Below, in pieces: positions 60,366-64,000 of a stretch of DNA of 64,000 bases. A program made the translations under genes and the position numbers. The stretch lies in assembly GCF_009914755.1 (NCBI RefSeq), contig NC_060933.1; one strand, written 5' to 3'. The first letter of the stretch is position 1. Every line of letters starts with the position of its first letter. This stretch comes from the human T2T-CHM13v2.0 reference genome, Homo sapiens. The notes beneath the pieces are model-generated. The model was not told where the DNA came from. It saw only the letters and a list, made by a program, of their open reading frames with translations, and made no database searches.

Positions 60366-61629
60366 AGAGTCTTTATTATTAACCCCCAAGATCTTCTGAG
60401 TGATTTTATCTTAAAATAGTTAGGAACCTGAGGTTAGGCAGATCTGGGTGAGAATCCAGCTCTGTCATTGACAGGCTGCTCAACTCTGAGCAGGCCATAT
60501 TGAAAGGTGGCATCTGATCTAAAAATTGAATCATAGGAGAAGTCAGCCTCGTGGAACCTTGGTGAGCTCACTTGCTAATCTGTAAAATGGTAAAGAATAA
60601 CTGCCTTATGGGATTACTGTGGTGGGAGGAGCTAGCCCGGAGGAGCCTTGGGTAAAGAGGTCCCAAGTACGCTTTGATTCCAAAATCCCAGAATTCCGAT
60701 TTTTACATCTATTTAGAAACTCAAAAATGTACTCCAGAGTTATAAATAGGACCATGTAAGCATTCTGAGGTATAGGGGAGAAATGTTTAGAAGAGTAAGT
60801 TCTGAATCATCCACACACCATCTAGAATTCCAGTTAGATATTCACTGGGTTTACTAAGTAAGCACATCTGGGAGACGAAGGTGGAAGGTAGCAGCTACAA
60901 TTTTACGAACCTTAGTTTAATCATATCTTATAACCCACAAGGTACCAGGCATTGTGCTAGGCACTGGGGGTTCAGAGCATACCGTGAGAGAAGATAATGT
61001 TGAGAGATGGTCCATAAACAACTATTCAACAATTGCAACATTAATTATAAAAGGAGTCATGATGTAGAGTGAATGGATGGGGGCTTGAAGGGACAGTAAT
61101 CCTAGGGGGACGGAACAGAGAAGGTCAAAGTGAAGAAGTGATACTCAGTCTGAAAATTGAGTGGTAGAAGGAGCCAAACAGAGAAGATCTGGGGGAGGAA
61201 CATTATGACACAAGAGACAGGAAGAGGAAAGCCTTGGAAACAGGGACCAGCTTGAGAGATTTAGGGGAATAAAAAGGTTCATTGTGACTGGAAATCAGCA
61301 AACACGTGGGAAGGGTGTGGGAGATGGAACCAGAGAGGGAGTGCTCGGAGTTTTGGGGGTCTTGTAAACCAAGGGCAGTGGAGACTGAGAACTGAGGAAA
61401 AGGGGTCAGGCTTGTTGGAGTGATATTGGTGATCACTGCAACATCAGTATCAGAATTGTGAGGAAAAAAGTCAAATCGTAAAAGGTTTAAAGTTAGTGAG
61501 TGTGGGAAAAGCAGAAGCAGTGGCTTTATATTTCTCTTTCCTGGAGAGAGGTGCCGAAGGCATTCAGGAGTAGAGGAAAGAAGGGTTGGAAGTTCCACAT
61601 GGTTCACTCTAAGAAGGAGAGTTATTATG

Positions 61630-61725
61630 TATAGATGAGAGATAGATAGATAGATAGATACATATATACATACATACATATAGATAAATAGGTAGATTAT
61701 GTACACATAGAAAGATAGACGATAT
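61630..61725. repeat. (GATA)n/(TACA)n microsatellite
   Basis: gatagatagatagatagatacatatatacatacatacata. Confidence 0.85.
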
Positions 61726-62791
61726 ATAGAAATAGAAGAAAAAATGCAGGCCAGCTGTTTATGGTTACGTTTCTAACAAATAATAAGATCAGTAGAAATA
61801 ATCAACCTGCACCATTTTCTGACATGTGTTGTTAGAAAGTCGATATGTGGTGTCACATAACTGAGACCGGCACTGTAGCCAGTTCTTTGGCATTTCATTA
61901 AAAACATTATCTCTACCAGGTATCATTGTATATTGGTATTTTTCCATGTATCTATAATTTTTTAAACTACCCCAAAGTAGAGCCAGCATCATTTTAGAAG
62001 TAAATTTAAAACCTCTTTGCTAGGCATGCTGCTGGGAAAATCGAACATGGTAGGTTAGTCAGCCATGCCGTGGCTGTGATTCAGGCAGCCTGATCATATT
62101 TGCAGTGCTGCTCAAACAAGCAGCGCTCTCATCCTTCATTTCATGGTGATTCAGACTAAAATTACTCACAACTTATGAGGATCATTGTTAAATGGCTATT
62201 GAAGATTTTGATATTTGAAAATAATATCAACTAAAAGATAATATTTCTCAGAACAATTTGGAATTCTTGGTGTAGACTTGAGGATTTAGTAGGTTTTTTC
62301 CTAATTTTGATGAGAAGTACATCATAGTGTATACAAATATAAAACACAATTAGCCCCTGTGAAAGTCATGATTGGAGTGAAAATACAGAGTCATGATAGA
62401 CATGTAATACATATATGTATTTTTCTGACACATACGTACCAGTAAAATACGTAGGTACCACTTTGATCAGCAAGAGACAGTTTATATTACTTTTCAATTT
62501 GTATAAGCTAAATTAGCTTTTCACTTATATTTATTTGCTTCTAGTTTATTGCTCAAAGATGGATGAGATTTTATCTCAAAATTGCCTTCAGTAAGTCAAA
62601 TTGGGTAAGATTAGTTTTCAAGAATATTAACCAACAATAGTGACCGTTATTAATGGGAAAGTGATTCTTTTGTAAAGCCTAACTTTAGAAAGTTTGCACT
62701 GAGAAACAGATTTTGATATTTGTTTTTATAGACACAGTACTTAGTTTTTGTCTTTTTTGATATTTTTCTCAGAAAAGTCATTCACATGGAG

Positions 62792-63153
62792 TGCTGTATG
62801 GACAGAATTCTGTTCCTCCAAAATGTATATGTTGAAGCCTTAACCCTGAATGTGACAATATCTGAAGACAGGGCCTTTCAGGAGGTAATTAAGGTTAAAT
62901 AAGGTCATAAGAGTAGGGCACTAATCCTGTAGGACGGTGGTCTTATAGGAAGAGAGGGGGAGAGAGAGAGAGAGAGCACTGCCATGTGAGGACACAGTGA
63001 GAAGGTGGTCGTCCACAAGCCAGGAAGAAAGCCCTCATCTGGCACCCTGGTCTTGGCCTTCCCAGCCTCCAGAGCTGTGTGAGAATAAGTGTCTATTATT
63101 TAAACCTCCCAGTCTGCAGTATTTTGTTATGACAGCCTCAACAGACTAAGGCA
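62792..63153 (+). mobile_element. MLT1A-like LTR
   Basis: atatgttgaagccttaaccctgaatgtgac...ggaggtaattaaggttaaat...gccatgtgaggacacagtgagaagg...tattttgttatgacagcc...gactaaggca. Confidence 0.87.
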
Positions 63154-64000
63154 GGGTGCCTGACACCTAGCCAGACAAGTCCACTGTTTTCCACATTCTT
63201 TTGTGCCGTATTAATGATTAATAAGCCTCAACACATAACTTCAAAATAAATATTTGCAGAAAATAGATTCCTTTTGAAATTAATCCGCATATGTACCCGT
63301 AAATTATTCTCTGAACAAAATTTGCTACGTTATCTGTATAAACGATTCACCCAAATGCTTCTCTTTGTCTACCATTATCCCCTCCGTGTGAGGCCATTTG
63401 TTTCTAAACAGTAATATTTCATGTACCTCAGCCATTATCATGGGGAGCTACATTCTCTCTGTGGATTTTAAGTGAAGATGGAACAGAATGCAATCATTAG
63501 CTTTTAGAAGGAGCCAGTGTAGGCTGTGGGTTTCAGTCTTAGACCTGCGAGTTCAAAGCTTAAGATACTGAAATAACATATATTTTGGATAAGTGATACA
63601 AATAATTATTTTAAAGCTATAGTGTTAAATGGCAGAAAGGTAACTGTGAAGGCCATAAAATCCCTTTGGAAAGGTATGTAAGGGGGAATAAATCTACTAA
63701 GAGATTTGTAACCAGAAAAAAAGGCGTCATGCAGGCGGGGCTCCTGGGAGATACTAATAAAGGCGGAGCATTTGGGCAGGCCCCGTTCGCACAAACTCAC
63801 CATCCATCCGACACGACCGCCTCCGCCTGCTCTCAGACAAGCTTCAGATCCACCTGCAGCTTCAAGACATGATTCTATTGCTTTACCTAAAATGGCAAAG
63901 GAAAATTTTTCTTCAAATTGTATTTGAGTTCAGTGACATTATAGCTCCAAGTCCCATTTTCTGAAAATAATCTTCATCCAGCCAGACTTGGAATGGAAAG

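Overview
Primate (almost certainly human) genomic DNA that is nearly all intron. The only host coding sequence I can support is one 194-bp + strand exon (18801-18994). It encodes part of the F5/8 type C (discoidin) domain of contactin-associated protein-like 3 (CNTNAP3/Caspr3 family, probably exon 3). I cannot separate CNTNAP3 from its near-identical duplicated paralogues using this window. The rest is typical intronic repeat content: about 17 Alu elements or fragments, a 5'-truncated ~5.8-kb L1PA5-like element (- strand), a nested ~8.5-kb L1MA6/7-like element (+), THE1, MER41B, MLT1 and MST LTRs, MER58/MER44/MER2 DNA transposon relics, MIR/L2 fragments and microsatellites. Almost all other ORFs in the track are Alu, L1 or low-complexity artefacts. 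I found no new multi-gene system. The most interesting observations are structural or regulatory: (i) a ~240-bp locally templated insertion bracketed by a 17-bp direct repeat; (ii) a 70-bp fold-back inverted repeat around a palindromic microsatellite; (iii) an Alu inserted antisense into another Alu, making a ~220-bp hairpin with a ~7-nt loop; (iv) a MER41B LTR with both STAT GAS sites intact; (v) an L1 antisense-promoter/ORF0 remnant pointing in the host gene's direction. Repeat subfamily calls come from recalled consensus sequences and need RepeatMasker/Dfam confirmation.
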